Positions 35,430-43,689 of a DNA stretch of 64,000 bases are shown one piece after another. Within the stretch, counting starts at the first letter, position 1, and every line of letters begins with the position of its first letter. A program made the translations under genes and the position numbers. A model generated the notes under the pieces. The model was not told where the DNA came from, made no database searches, and worked only from the letters and a program-made list of their open reading frames with translations. The stretch is taken from positions 124,001-188,000 of IMG/VR virus record IMGVR_UViG_3300028654_000384; one strand, written 5' to 3'.

Positions 35430-35641
35430 GCCAGTGCGAGGTAGTGAAGGCAACCGATCTGGTCGCCGATGATGACGTCGACATACTCGCCGACGTCGCT
35501 GCGCTTGGCGATGATGAGGCACAGGCAACCCACGGCCACATCACCTATGACGTAAGTCGAGCCTCCGTTATCATTCCTGAACCGCCACAGGGCAAAGTGG
35601 GGGCTTTTGACGGCGTGCAGGTCACCCGGAACCAACATCAC
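35426..35641 (-). CDS. KOW/SH3-like PGxL family protein
   Basis: VPGDL..LW..LCLIIA..VDVIIGDQIG. Confidence 0.75.
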   Translation of the reverse strand: MMLVPGDLHAVKSPHFALWRFRNDNGGSTYVIGDVAVGCLCLIIAKRSDVGEYVDVIIGDQIGCLHYLALA

Positions 35642-35850
35642 GTGGCGTCCCTCATACCGAACGTGTGGAGCCAACCACTGCGTTCCAGGCGCGAGACAAA
35701 GACGTGCACGTAGGCACCGTCGAATCCCAATACCAGGCAGACGTCGCCACGCTGCATGTCGCCAACCTTCAGGGCACCAAGCCCCCGAAAGTTTCCAGGG
35801 TTGCGATCCCACAGGCGGCCGGATCCATCGCAATCGACGACGCGGATCAC
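35638..35850 (-). CDS. KOW/SH3-like family protein, SRL.R.GW subfamily
   Basis: LW..GDVCLVLG..YVHVFVSRLERSGWL. Confidence 0.7.
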   Translation of the reverse strand: MIRVVDCDGSGRLWDRNPGNFRGLGALKVGDMQRGDVCLVLGFDGAYVHVFVSRLERSGWLHTFGMRDAT

Positions 35851-36056
35851 GGCACCACCCTCCCAGCGCTGGTCCGGAGCCAACCCGCTCGCTGGTGCCG
35901 TGAGGCAAAGACACGGATGTACTCACGACGCGGAGGCCAGGCCTCCAACAACAGGCAGACGTCATCCATGTGGACAACTTCAATCGGCCCGTGCCCATGG
36001 GCGGCGCGGGGGAGCTCGGGCCACAGGAAGGCGGTCTGATTGACGAGGAAGATCAC
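35847..36056 (-). CDS. KOW/SH3-like family protein, SRL.R.GW subfamily
   Basis: LW..DDVCLLL..YIRVFASRHQRAGWL. Confidence 0.7.
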   Translation of the reverse strand: MIFLVNQTAFLWPELPRAAHGHGPIEVVHMDDVCLLLEAWPPRREYIRVFASRHQRAGWLRTSAGRVVP

Positions 36057-36274
36057 GACAGCACCCACTTGTTGAGCCAACCAAAGCAACCTGCAGCGAG
36101 GACGAAGACGTAACCACAGTCGCGGTCGACCATGCCCACGATGAGCACCGCACCGTTGAGTGTAACGTAGCCCCGCTTATTGGTGCCGACTGTGGCCAGT
36201 ATGGGATCGGTGTCCCACAGCACAGCACCGATGTTGGCGAAGAACAGGGTGCCGGGCTCGAACCCAGACATCAC
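36053..36274 (-). CDS. KOW/SH3-like PGxL family protein
   Basis: FEPGTLF..LW..VLIVG..YVFVLAAGCFGWL. Confidence 0.75.
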   Translation of the reverse strand: MMSGFEPGTLFFANIGAVLWDTDPILATVGTNKRGYVTLNGAVLIVGMVDRDCGYVFVLAAGCFGWLNKWVLS

Positions 36275-36516
36275 AACACCTCCAAGTGGAAGGTGTTGAG
36301 CCAACCCAACTGACCCTCACCGGTGACGATGAAGGCAAATACCTGCCCGTCTAGTCTCCTCACGACCTGGGCCGCGGCGAGGGCGACGGTGTTACCAGCA
36401 GCGCGCAGGTTCGCGTAGTCAGCACTAGTGATTGAATCAGGCGACGGCACCCGTGGCCACAACAGGCCACCGAGGGGTGGGACGAGGTGACCGGGTTGAA
36501 GTTTGACGGAAGACAA
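36271..36516 (-). CDS. KOW/SH3-like PGxL family protein
   Basis: QPGHLV..LW..AFIVTGEGQLGWL; start uncertain. Confidence 0.65.
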   Translation of the reverse strand: MSSVKLQPGHLVPPLGGLLWPRVPSPDSITSADYANLRAAGNTVALAAAQVVRRLDGQVFAFIVTGEGQLGWLNTFHLEVL

Positions 36517-36523
36517 GGTGCAC

Positions 36524-36730
36524 TCACCTGCGACTGCGATAAAAGGCACGCTGGGCATCGGGATGATAGGCGACCTTGGCCAGCACCTGAGTGCCCCGCG
36601 AGATGTGCCCGGGCAAAAAGGCATAGCGCTCGGCACTGGCACAGTCGAAGGACACGATGGTGCCCCTGTCGTCGGTGGTCAGCAGTTCATTGGTTTCGAA
36701 AGAAGGGGAGGAGGTGGCCATGATGGTCAA
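36524..36730 (-). CDS. hypothetical protein
   Basis: ORF track; fills gap within array. Confidence 0.4.
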   Translation of the reverse strand: MTIMATSSPSFETNELLTTDDRGTIVSFDCASAERYAFLPGHISRGTQVLAKVAYHPDAQRAFYRSRR

Positions 36731-36759
36731 TGGTAAGCCAGTATTGGCACAGTATGCAC

Positions 36760-37002
36760 TCAGGTGATGTCACACAGGTACCGCAACTTGACCCAACCGC
36801 ACCGGTGCAAGCGCGAGACAAAGACATAGGCATCATCGACGTCACGGCCGACCGACAGCACCAGGCAGACATCGTCCACCCGCAGGACCTCGGTGTCAAT
36901 GCCGTAGCCCGCGCCAGGCCGCGCACCGAGCCACAACAGGTTCACGCTGCAAACCCTCTTGAGGGTGCCCGGCGGTGAGGAGGAGGAGGAGGGTTGCATC
37001 AC
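36760..37002 (-). CDS. KOW/SH3-like PGxL family protein, SRL.R.GW subfamily
   Basis: PPGTL..LW..DDVCLVLS..YVFVSRLHRCGWV. Confidence 0.75.
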   Translation of the reverse strand: MMQPSSSSSPPGTLKRVCSVNLLWLGARPGAGYGIDTEVLRVDDVCLVLSVGRDVDDAYVFVSRLHRCGWVKLRYLCDIT

Positions 37003-37260
37003 CGTGATGACCATGACAGAATGTCGTGCCGAACCCAGCCGACCTTCATGAGGCGGGAGGCAAGGACGCAGACATAGGCGACGTTGCGCTGGTCGGGGGT
37101 GACCCCCGGTTGAATGTAGACAACAGCAGACAGGCGTCGCCGGCCCACAAGTCATCGGTGTGGAGATCCCACAGCCCGGGCCCTCGGGGTGCATGCGACG
37201 CCACAGGAGGCCGGGCTGCGCGGTGAAGAACAGGGTCTGGACCGGGGGCATCATCTGCAT
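36999..37260 (-). pseudogene. SRL.R.GW subfamily member split over three frames (or sequencing errors)
   Basis: MQMM..LLW (frame A), LWD..GDACLLL (frame B), AYVCVLASRLMKVGWV..stop (frame C, TGA coupled to next GTG); both shifts at G runs. Confidence 0.6.
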
Positions 37261-37617
37261 CTAGACCTCCCCCAAAGAATCGAGGCGAACCCAACAGATT
37301 CGCTGCAAACGTGAGACAAAGACACGGGCATAGGACGTGCTCGCGCCGGGAAAGGGACTCACTGCCAACAACAGGCAGGTGTCACCCACTTCGAGTGCAC
37401 TAAGTGCGTCATCGTTCGCCGTGACTGAGCAACCATCGGGCCAGGCAATGACGTGCGAACAGGCAAACAGCAAGGCGGGGGTCGGATCGGTGAAGACCAA
37501 CGTACCTGGCCTCGGGAACCGAGGCGCCTTCGGTGGGAGTTTGGCTCCCACTGGCATGTCGGTCGTCGTGCGATGAACTCGTTCGTCGTCGGGAATCGAC
37601 ACTGGGGTGATGATCAT
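37261..37617 (-). CDS. KOW/SH3-like PGxL family protein, SRL.R.GW subfamily
   Basis: RPGTLV..GDTCLLL..YARVFVSRLQRICWV. Confidence 0.7.
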   Translation of the reverse strand: MIITPVSIPDDERVHRTTTDMPVGAKLPPKAPRFPRPGTLVFTDPTPALLFACSHVIAWPDGCSVTANDDALSALEVGDTCLLLAVSPFPGASTSYARVFVSRLQRICWVRLDSLGEV

Positions 37618-37619
37618 GG

Positions 37620-38155
37620 GGCTAGCAACACATCTCGCAGGTCGCTGCGGCCGAGCCAACCCAGGTGGGGGTTGGACCCGCGCGTTAAGATTGGGCGGGC
37701 GTGTGGTCGCACCACACGCAGGCGCGTGCATGTGATGATTGATCATTTGAGGGTGCGAGAGGGGCACTGATGTGTGGTAGGCACGTATGGTGATAGGCTA
37801 CGGTGTCCACGGTTTGACGGGCGCTGGAGGCTGCGTGAAGGGGTGAAAGGGGCACCATGAAGCGTGGAGGTGAACCGCGTGACGGCTGAGCATTGCGAGA
37901 GCATTCGTAACGAATATATTCGCTGTCGATCTGCGAGGTCGCAGCGAGAGAGCTCGTCGCCAAGTGAAGTGACTTCACCCATCCCCTCTGCGTCACACGG
38001 TGCGTCCGCCAAATCTGCCGCCCACGTGCTCAGTCTGGCTGCTGCAAATAGCCGACCCAACTGCACCTCCGCTCATGCGGGTGGGATTGTCTCGCACGTT
38101 GCTCGCGCATCGCGTCCTTCGTTGCAAGGCGCTGCTGGTCCAGGCATTGGGTGCA
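37620..38155. other. probable non-coding, hairpin-rich region
   Basis: No ORF with phage-like codon bias; hairpins CCAACCC/GGGTTGG, GTGTGGT/ACCACAC, GTGAAG/CTTCAC, palindrome CGAATATATTCG. Confidence 0.5.
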
Positions 38156-38157
38156 CC

Positions 38158-38433
38158 TTACACGATGTAGAAGTTGCCGTCGATGCCCAGGTAGCTGCCC
38201 ACTGCCATGACGCGGCCCAGCGTGTTGTGGCGACGGGCGGCCAGCGACTGCTTGCTGTGGAAGCTGATGGTGGTGGCTCGCTGTGCCCAGTAGTAGCTCT
38301 GGCCATCGACTGCCACCATGGTGGGCTTCCGCTGCAGGGCGGCCTGCAGTGCCTTGGTCACCGCGTCGTTGGCGACCCAGTGGAGCTTCGCGGTGACGAC
38401 GGTGATGGGGATGTGGTCTTGTGCGTTCTTCAT
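38158..38433 (-). CDS. hypothetical protein
   Basis: GGAG RBS; high-GC3 codons. Confidence 0.7.
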   Translation of the reverse strand: MKNAQDHIPITVVTAKLHWVANDAVTKALQAALQRKPTMVAVDGQSYYWAQRATTISFHSKQSLAARRHNTLGRVMAVGSYLGIDGNFYIV

Positions 38434-38439
38434 GGTGGT

Positions 38440-38710
38440 CTCTGCTCCGGGCGTTGTGGTGATCTGAAGATGTTCAATTGCTCTCGCGAGCACGTGTCGT
38501 GTCGTCGTGCGCCCGACAACAACTCGTGGGTTTGGGCGCACTTCACTCGAGCGCTCGCTCGCGAGCAGGGGTGTCGTCGAGCGTGTGTGCTCGCATCGCA
38601 GGTCGCTACAACGACGCGTGTCGTCCGCCTGCGTGCACCCGAAAGATCGCGTATCGGGTCGCACGTGGCGCCCGGGCGTGCAGGGGTTTATGCGACCTTA
38701 CGGGGTGACC
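38440..38710. other. probable non-coding, hairpin-rich region
   Basis: GTGCGCCC..GGGCGCAC, ACCCGA..TCGGGT stems; CTCGCGAG palindromes. Confidence 0.5.
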
Positions 38711-38711
38711 C

Positions 38712-38894
38712 CTACGGCACCTCGATGACGTGTGACTGGGCGATGAGGTTGCCGTCGCTGTCGAGGGTGACGGTGTGGACCCACTGGCCGTCGCAGTACC
38801 AGCAGCACTCGAGCTCGATGAGGGGCTCGGTGGGAATGTTGTTGATGAGCCGGGTGTGCCAGAGGTGGTCACCGGGGCAGAAAGTGGGGTCCAT
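38712..38894 (-). CDS. hypothetical protein with CxxC (leaderless)
   Basis: CCWYC; ATG 6 nt after -10. Confidence 0.7.
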   Translation of the reverse strand: MDPTFCPGDHLWHTRLINNIPTEPLIELECCWYCDGQWVHTVTLDSDGNLIAQSHVIEVP

Positions 38895-38900
38895 GATCTA

Positions 38901-38930
38901 ATCCTACCAGGAACGGGTGGTCTCTTGCAC
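38901..38930 (-). promoter_or_regulatory. phage promoter GTGCAA-18-TAGGAT (leaderless)
   Basis: Consensus match. Confidence 0.85.
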
Positions 38931-38937
38931 TGTCCAT

Positions 38938-38960
38938 GAATTATACCCGGAGTGTAATTC
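38938..38960. promoter_or_regulatory. 23-bp palindromic operator GAATTATAC-N5-GTGTAATTC between divergent promoters
   Basis: 7 bp from the left -35. Confidence 0.75.
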
Positions 38961-38978
38961 TGGCAGACAACGTGAGTA

Positions 38979-39008
38979 GTGCAAGTCTCAAGTAAACCGT
39001 GGTACAGT
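38979..39008 (+). promoter_or_regulatory. phage promoter GTGCAA-18-TACAGT (leaderless)
   Basis: TAGATC then ATG 39015. Confidence 0.85.
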
Positions 39009-39014
39009 TAGATC

Positions 39015-39260
39015 ATGGACCCCAACAGCAGCTTCGAGATGGAGTGGATCATCTGCATCAACTTGCAGCCGGCGCCCTCGGTGATCACCAAGCTACCCAA
39101 TGTCTACTTGACCAACGTGAACGTCGACACCCGGGTCACCACCAACATCTACCAGGCGCAGGGTTACCACTACAAGTCAGACGCTCGGGTCGCTGCCGAG
39201 CTGACCGGTGTGGTCTACGACATTCGCCGACGACGTGACTTCCGCGCCTCAACGGTGTAA
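39015..39260 (+). CDS. hypothetical protein (leaderless)
   Basis: Own promoter. Confidence 0.7.
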   Translation: MDPNSSFEMEWIICINLQPAPSVITKLPNVYLTNVNVDTRVTTNIYQAQGYHYKSDARVAAELTGVVYDIRRRRDFRASTV

Positions 39261-39284
39261 ACTCCTCACCGTACGTGGTAGAAT
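39255..39284 (+). promoter_or_regulatory. phage promoter GTGTAA-18-TAGAAT
   Basis: Consensus match. Confidence 0.8.
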
Positions 39285-39316
39285 GGTACTTGATGGTGGA
39301 TGAAGCAGTCCACACA

Positions 39317-39335
39317 GTGAGGGCGCTCCCCTCAC
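39317..39335. promoter_or_regulatory. palindrome GTGAGGG-N5-CCCTCAC (copy 1 of 4)
   Basis: In the leader of 39377-40009. Confidence 0.5.
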
Positions 39336-39376
39336 CAGAACTCCCTCCAACAGGAACACAGGAAAAGGAACATCCC

Positions 39377-40009
39377 ATGTCAGACACGCAGAACGACCCG
39401 ACCAGCACGTCCGAGATCGACAAGGCCATCAACGCTGCCAAGGCACGCAAGGCCGCGCGCGGTGAGAAGGTCATCTCTGCCGACGGCACCCCCAAGGCCG
39501 CGAAGGCGCCCCGGGCACCCCGCGCTCCCAAGGCCACCGACGAGGCCAAGCTCGCCCTCAAGGCAGCGAAGGCAGCCACCGCCGCCGCCAAACGTGCAGC
39601 GCGCCAGGCAAAGAAAGCGGCCGCAGCGCCCAAGGCGACGGCCCACATGAAGAAGGTCGAGAAGGCCGCCGAGCGCCTAGGCACCCTGTCCGACGCCGCT
39701 TCCCTCATCTTCAACGAGGCGACGGCGAGCCTGTCGGCCCTCGAGCTGGGCATCCTCGCCGGCCACCTGCAGCACTTCAACCGCGTCAAGGCGACGTCCC
39801 GCGCCGCGGCGACCCGCCCGTCGGTGGGCCAGACTGTCACCATCGTGTCGGGCGACCCCCGCTACGTGGGCCGCACGGGCACCGTCACCAAGTCGCAGCG
39901 CATCCGCATGTACGTGCAGCTCGACGGCGTCAAGAAACCCGTCTACCTGTTCACCAGCGACGCAGTCCTCGCGAATGACGAAGCGACCGAACAGTCCGCA
40001 TCGGCGTGA
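39377..40009 (+). CDS. Lys/Ala-rich histone-H1-like region fused to a C-terminal KOW domain
   Basis: AAKA/KAA repeats; VGQTVTIVSGD..YVGRTGTV KOW motif; AAGGA RBS. Confidence 0.8.
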   Translation: MSDTQNDPTSTSEIDKAINAAKARKAARGEKVISADGTPKAAKAPRAPRAPKATDEAKLALKAAKAATAAAKRAARQAKKAAAAPKATAHMKKVEKAAERLGTLSDAASLIFNEATASLSALELGILAGHLQHFNRVKATSRAAATRPSVGQTVTIVSGDPRYVGRTGTVTKSQRIRMYVQLDGVKKPVYLFTSDAVLANDEATEQSASA

Positions 40010-40239
40010 AGGTGATGTTGCAGTGGGTGGTGCCGGCACTCGTCGGCACCACTTTGCTGTCACCCGCTCAGGCCCACCCGTCTCCCACCCACAATTCGAC
40101 GACACAGTGTGAGGCCATCAGTGACCCCGACCACCGGCACTTTTGCCGAGCGGTGGTGGGCCACGACCCCCTCGAGTGCGAGCTGATCCACAACCACGAC
40201 CTGCGGCAGCTGTGCCGCGCCGAAGCCACACCGAAGTGA
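40006..40239 (+). CDS. secreted Cys-rich protein
   Basis: Signal peptide AQA; repeated C..I.(D/N).D.R..CRA. Confidence 0.7.
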   Translation: MKVMLQWVVPALVGTTLLSPAQAHPSPTHNSTTQCEAISDPDHRHFCRAVVGHDPLECELIHNHDLRQLCRAEATPK

Positions 40240-40255
40240 AGAGGAGCAACGCCGG

Positions 40256-40555
40256 ATGACCAGGAAAGAATTCTGCCACCAACTGCTGCTGTCGAACCTG
40301 CTGAGCAAGGGCCAGGACTACAACAGAGCCGACAAGCCCACCGAGCCCGAGGTCGACGCCGTCAAGCGCCGCTGCACCTTCATCGGCAGGCTGGCGGACG
40401 CGGTGCCCATCGGCTTCTTCGATGACGAGCACCCGGGTGCGGTGTCCCTCGGCCTCGACGAGAGCGCCGGCCCATTTTGCCCACCGCAGTCCGACGCCAC
40501 CGACCCACAGGTCACCCTCACCCAGCGCGTCACCGGCAGCATCGATCCCAAATAG
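40256..40555 (+). CDS. hypothetical protein
   Basis: GAGGAG RBS. Confidence 0.7.
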   Translation: MTRKEFCHQLLLSNLLSKGQDYNRADKPTEPEVDAVKRRCTFIGRLADAVPIGFFDDEHPGAVSLGLDESAGPFCPPQSDATDPQVTLTQRVTGSIDPK

Positions 40556-40610
40556 GCCTCCCAAAGTTGAACATTCTTCGGATCACAGATCCAGAAAGTC
40601 ACGGTGCGCG

Positions 40611-40817
40611 GTGAATAAAAAGGCGAGACAGCTCAACAGCTTCAAGATCAAGGCCTCGCAGCAGGGGCTGACGAGGGCGCGAGCAGAAAGACTGATCAGC
40701 CAGCAGTGGGACACGCTGACCGACGAGCAGCACGCTCAACTGGCCGCCCACAAGAACAACCACGTCAAGGTGAAGCTGGCAGTGAAGTTGGCGCAGCAGA
40801 AGGCACAGCAGGGATAG
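40611..40817 (+). CDS. small basic helical protein
   Basis: GTG start; MNKKARQL.. Confidence 0.5.
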   Translation: MNKKARQLNSFKIKASQQGLTRARAERLISQQWDTLTDEQHAQLAAHKNNHVKVKLAVKLAQQKAQQG

Positions 40818-40844
40818 ATAACGCGCCGAGACCATAAATACAGC

Positions 40845-41120
40845 ATGCACTGGCAACCACCCTTCCCGGCGCGCCAACTGGAGCTGCAGTGCCCGAGCTG
40901 CGGAGTGCAGGGCCACGTCTGGGCGCGGGTGTCGGCCAGCTACTGCGACGGCGACACCGTCGACGCCTACTGCGGGCACTGCCATCAACCCCTCGAGGTG
41001 ACGGCACGGGTCAGGGTCGCCTTCGTCGATGCCGCGTGCTGTGAGACGGGCTCGGTGGAGCCGGCGGCCGACGAGCGGGGGATGGACATGCTGCAGCACG
41101 ACCCGCGGCACCACGGGTGA
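40845..41120 (+). CDS. zinc-ribbon protein
   Basis: CPSC ... CGHC. Confidence 0.7.
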   Translation: MHWQPPFPARQLELQCPSCGVQGHVWARVSASYCDGDTVDAYCGHCHQPLEVTARVRVAFVDAACCETGSVEPAADERGMDMLQHDPRHHG

Positions 41121-41438
41121 GCGACCCCCTGAGCGGGCGGCCGGTTGAGGGCCCACCGCAGAGCCACGGCGGGGCCCCGTCGAGACCCCATGGCCCCACC
41201 CCATGGCCCTGGAGGGGCAGGCAACCTTTGTGGGGCCTTTCTGGGGGAGGCTCGAGCTTGACCTCATCGCACAAATCACGTGCAATTCCCGCGCCTAATC
41301 AGCCCATCTGTGTGCATCTGTGTGGCTTTGTGATGTATGATGTAGCGCGAGAGCAGGTGGGAGTGAAGCTCCCACTTCACCACATTCACCGCGCCCACAC
41401 GAAAATCCCGTGAAGCAAAGTGAGGCATACTTACCACC

Positions 41439-41777
41439 ATGGACATGACAGCATTTTGGGCCACCGTCCCGCCGCAAGACAAGTTGGCCGTGGGCCAGCT
41501 GAAGAATTCACCTTCGCTGGCCGCGGCCAGGCAGGACTTTCTCGGTGACGCGCCGACGGAGTTCGCTTCCACTGTCATCCCCAACATCGGGCCCAGCGGC
41601 GCGACGACCGACGACGACGAAGAAGACCTCGCCGAACGCGATCCCGATCAGGAGATCACCGACGCCGACGGGCCCTCGGTCAGCGGCGACAAGGCCCTGA
41701 TGGCCTACCAACCGTCGATCGATGCCCTGTACCTGTGGTACCCCGACGACAAAACTTGGCGCATGTGGAACTATTGA
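41439..41777 (+). CDS. acidic hypothetical protein, possibly late/virion
   Basis: ATACTTAC motif 4 nt upstream of ATG. Confidence 0.65.
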   Translation: MDMTAFWATVPPQDKLAVGQLKNSPSLAAARQDFLGDAPTEFASTVIPNIGPSGATTDDDEEDLAERDPDQEITDADGPSVSGDKALMAYQPSIDALYLWYPDDKTWRMWNY

Positions 41778-42229
41778 TGCCGTGCCTTGATGCCGGCATG
41801 GCCATTGAAGTGAGTGTCGGGCCCAGGAACTGGGTGACCCTTTTGGGTCATGTCGGTTCCCGACACTGGCCCTCACCGCGCACCCTGATCCTGTTGCTCA
41901 CCCTTCTCCAGGTCTCTGCTTGCGGCGGCACCCTGGTTGGGCCCGTCTTCGAGTATCAGGTGGGGGCACAGCCCCCACCGCCTGCACACCCCACTTCCGG
42001 CTTTGCTGCTTCAACGTGGTCGCCGACGAACAGTAACCAGGCCATCGTCTATGCTCAAGCGGCGACCCCTGCCGCGGTACCGCCCATCCACAAGCGCCAC
42101 ACCACCGTCGCCTCGGTGCAGTGGCCGTGGATCGCCGTCGCCGCCACCGTCCTCGTCGGCGGCACCCTGGCGGGCCTGGCGGCGTCAGGTTGTTTCGATG
42201 GCAACTGTGGCAAGACACTGGGCTGGTGA
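41777..42229 (+). CDS. membrane protein/lipoprotein with C-terminal TM
   Basis: VSAC lipobox-like; C-terminal hydrophobic helix. Confidence 0.55.
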   Translation: MPCLDAGMAIEVSVGPRNWVTLLGHVGSRHWPSPRTLILLLTLLQVSACGGTLVGPVFEYQVGAQPPPPAHPTSGFAASTWSPTNSNQAIVYAQAATPAAVPPIHKRHTTVASVQWPWIAVAATVLVGGTLAGLAASGCFDGNCGKTLGW

Positions 42230-42338
42230 CGTGCCCAGCACGTCACGCACCCGGTGCACCCAAGTCCCTTCGGGACGTTGGGCTGGTGATTGTCATGAAG
42301 GGACGAAATTGCTTCAGTCCTCACGGACTTCAGGACGT

Positions 42339-42361
42339 GAATTACACCCCGAGTATAATTC
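42339..42361. promoter_or_regulatory. 23-bp palindromic operator GAATTACAC-N5-GTATAATTC
   Basis: 8 bp upstream of the -35 at 42370. Confidence 0.75.
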
Positions 42362-42369
42362 GACGGGGA

Positions 42370-42399
42370 GTGCAAGCGCACTGACTTCTGGCTTACAGT
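42370..42399 (+). promoter_or_regulatory. phage promoter GTGCAA-18-TACAGT (leaderless)
   Basis: TAGATC then ATG 42406. Confidence 0.85.
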
Positions 42400-42405
42400 T
42401 AGATC

Positions 42406-43149
42406 ATGAGGACGATAGGAATCATGACGATGGCCTGCCTGGTGGGAGCAACGCTCCCACTGGTTGCCTGTGGCGGCGCGCCCCCGGCAGCGCCCCCCGA
42501 GCTGACGAGTGCCTGCGCCGGCCATACCTGCAGTGGGGGTTCCACCCCCACCAGCCCCACCGACCCTTCACTTGCCCCCACCGTGTCGCCCCCAAGCGCT
42601 TCGTCGGTGCCGGCGAAGGAATCCCCTTCGCCTGAGGCGGGGATTTTACCTGATGCCGCCACGGTGCCAGTGGGGGCAACGCCCCCACCAGCCCCACCAT
42701 CGACCCCGCTTCCCGACGCTGCCAGTGAGGGTTCAACCCTCACCGCCGTCGATATCGATGCAGGTACCATGGTCAGTGTCCCCGAAGTCGATGCCGGGCC
42801 CGATGCGCCGGTTATGGCCGTGCTTCAAACCGACGCCGCGCCACTGCCCGATCCCTGTGCTGGTGCGAGTGGGGGTTCCACCCCCACCATGGTTCCTCGT
42901 GCCTATCCGGGCGGCGGTGGCATCGGTTGTGCGCGGCTCGCGGGTACCGGCACCTCGGTGCCTTGCCAGTGCTTCGTTACTGCTGGTGAGGGCGGCACCC
43001 TCACTGCCACCGCGCTGGCCCTTACCGTCTGCGGGCCGACGGGCTGCAACTGCATCGCCAACGACGGCGAGGGCCCGGCTGACCGCCCGTACTGCATCGG
43101 GCCCAAGTGCACCGCTGACCAGATCGCCAACCAGACGTGCTGGTATTGA
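42406..43149 (+). CDS. lipoprotein with Pro/Ser/Thr linker and Cys-rich C-terminal domain
   Basis: Lipobox LVACGG; DAG repeats; nine C-terminal Cys. Confidence 0.75.
   Translation: MRTIGIMTMACLVGATLPLVACGGAPPAAPPELTSACAGHTCSGGSTPTSPTDPSLAPTVSPPSASSVPAKESPSPEAGILPDAATVPVGATPPPAPPSTPLPDAASEGSTLTAVDIDAGTMVSVPEVDAGPDAPVMAVLQTDAAPLPDPCAGASGGSTPTMVPRAYPGGGGIGCARLAGTGTSVPCQCFVTAGEGGTLTATALALTVCGPTGCNCIANDGEGPADRPYCIGPKCTADQIANQTCWY
42725..42743. repeat. palindrome GTGAGGG-N5-CCCTCAC (copy 2)
   Basis: Exact arms. Confidence 0.5.
42986..43004. repeat. palindrome GTGAGGG-N5-CCCTCAC (copy 3)
   Basis: Exact arms. Confidence 0.5.
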
Positions 43150-43157
43150 TGCCGAAG

Positions 43158-43189
43158 GTGGGAGCGAATCGCTAGCGATTCGCTCCCAC
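43158..43189. repeat. perfect loop-less 32-bp palindrome
   Basis: GTGGGAGCGAATCGCT|AGCGATTCGCTCCCAC; intergenic, possible terminator/cruciform. Confidence 0.9.
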
Positions 43190-43197
43190 TGCAACAA

Positions 43198-43227
43198 GTG
43201 CAAACACTGCACCAACCGTGTTAGGAT
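43198..43227 (+). promoter_or_regulatory. phage promoter GTGCAA-18-TAGGAT (leaderless)
   Basis: CTGATC then ATG 43234. Confidence 0.85.
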
Positions 43228-43233
43228 CTGATC

Positions 43234-43428
43234 ATGGACAGCTACTCGTACCGCATCATTCCCATTGCCGAACGCCATGGCGTTCTCGCCGAACAAAAGG
43301 CTCTGCGCCCCGGCGAACGCCTGTGGGTGATCACCACTGCGATGTATGGGGCCTTGTACGCCGAACGCGCTACCCCTTTTCGCAGCAGGTTTCGCGGCAA
43401 GTCGAAGACGCGAGGTGAACACCGATGA
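43234..43428 (+). CDS. hypothetical protein (leaderless)
   Basis: Own promoter. Confidence 0.65.
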   Translation: MDSYSYRIIPIAERHGVLAEQKALRPGERLWVITTAMYGALYAERATPFRSRFRGKSKTRGEHR

Positions 43429-43589
43429 TGCGCGGTCCATCCATTTCCGTCAACGTTATGTGCATTCTGGCCTGGGCCTCTCTGTCGGTGTACTTGACAT
43501 GCCTGGCCATCTCCGCGGTGGAGCACCTCGGTGATGCTGGTGAGGGCGGGACCCTCACTTCCGACGTCGTCATGCGGGAGCACCAGTGA
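43425..43589 (+). CDS. small membrane protein (54 aa)
   Basis: ATGA overlap; TM helix. Confidence 0.45.
   Translation: MMRGPSISVNVMCILAWASLSVYLTCLAISAVEHLGDAGEGGTLTSDVVMREHQ
43540..43558. repeat. palindrome GTGAGGG-N5-CCCTCAC (copy 4)
   Basis: Exact arms; flanks match copy 3. Confidence 0.5.
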
Positions 43590-43689
43590 GGTGGGTGATC
43601 TTTGCCATCATCATGGTGCCCATCGCTTGGGTGGTCATCATGTGCACGCTGTCACACGTAGCGTATAAACGGTCACGAGGAGACGATAG

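Noticed and set aside
36977-36992. (GAG)n microsatellite
   Set aside because: In-frame poly-Ser linker; triplet unit, no regulatory evidence
17379-37617. Diversity-generating retroelement or integron behind the paralog arrays
   Set aside because: No reverse transcriptase, TR/VR pair, integrase or attC-like repeat between members in this window; genes overlap directly
37864-38901. 345-aa + strand ORF
   Set aside because: Shadow of two credible minus-strand genes plus non-coding DNA; no motif or codon bias
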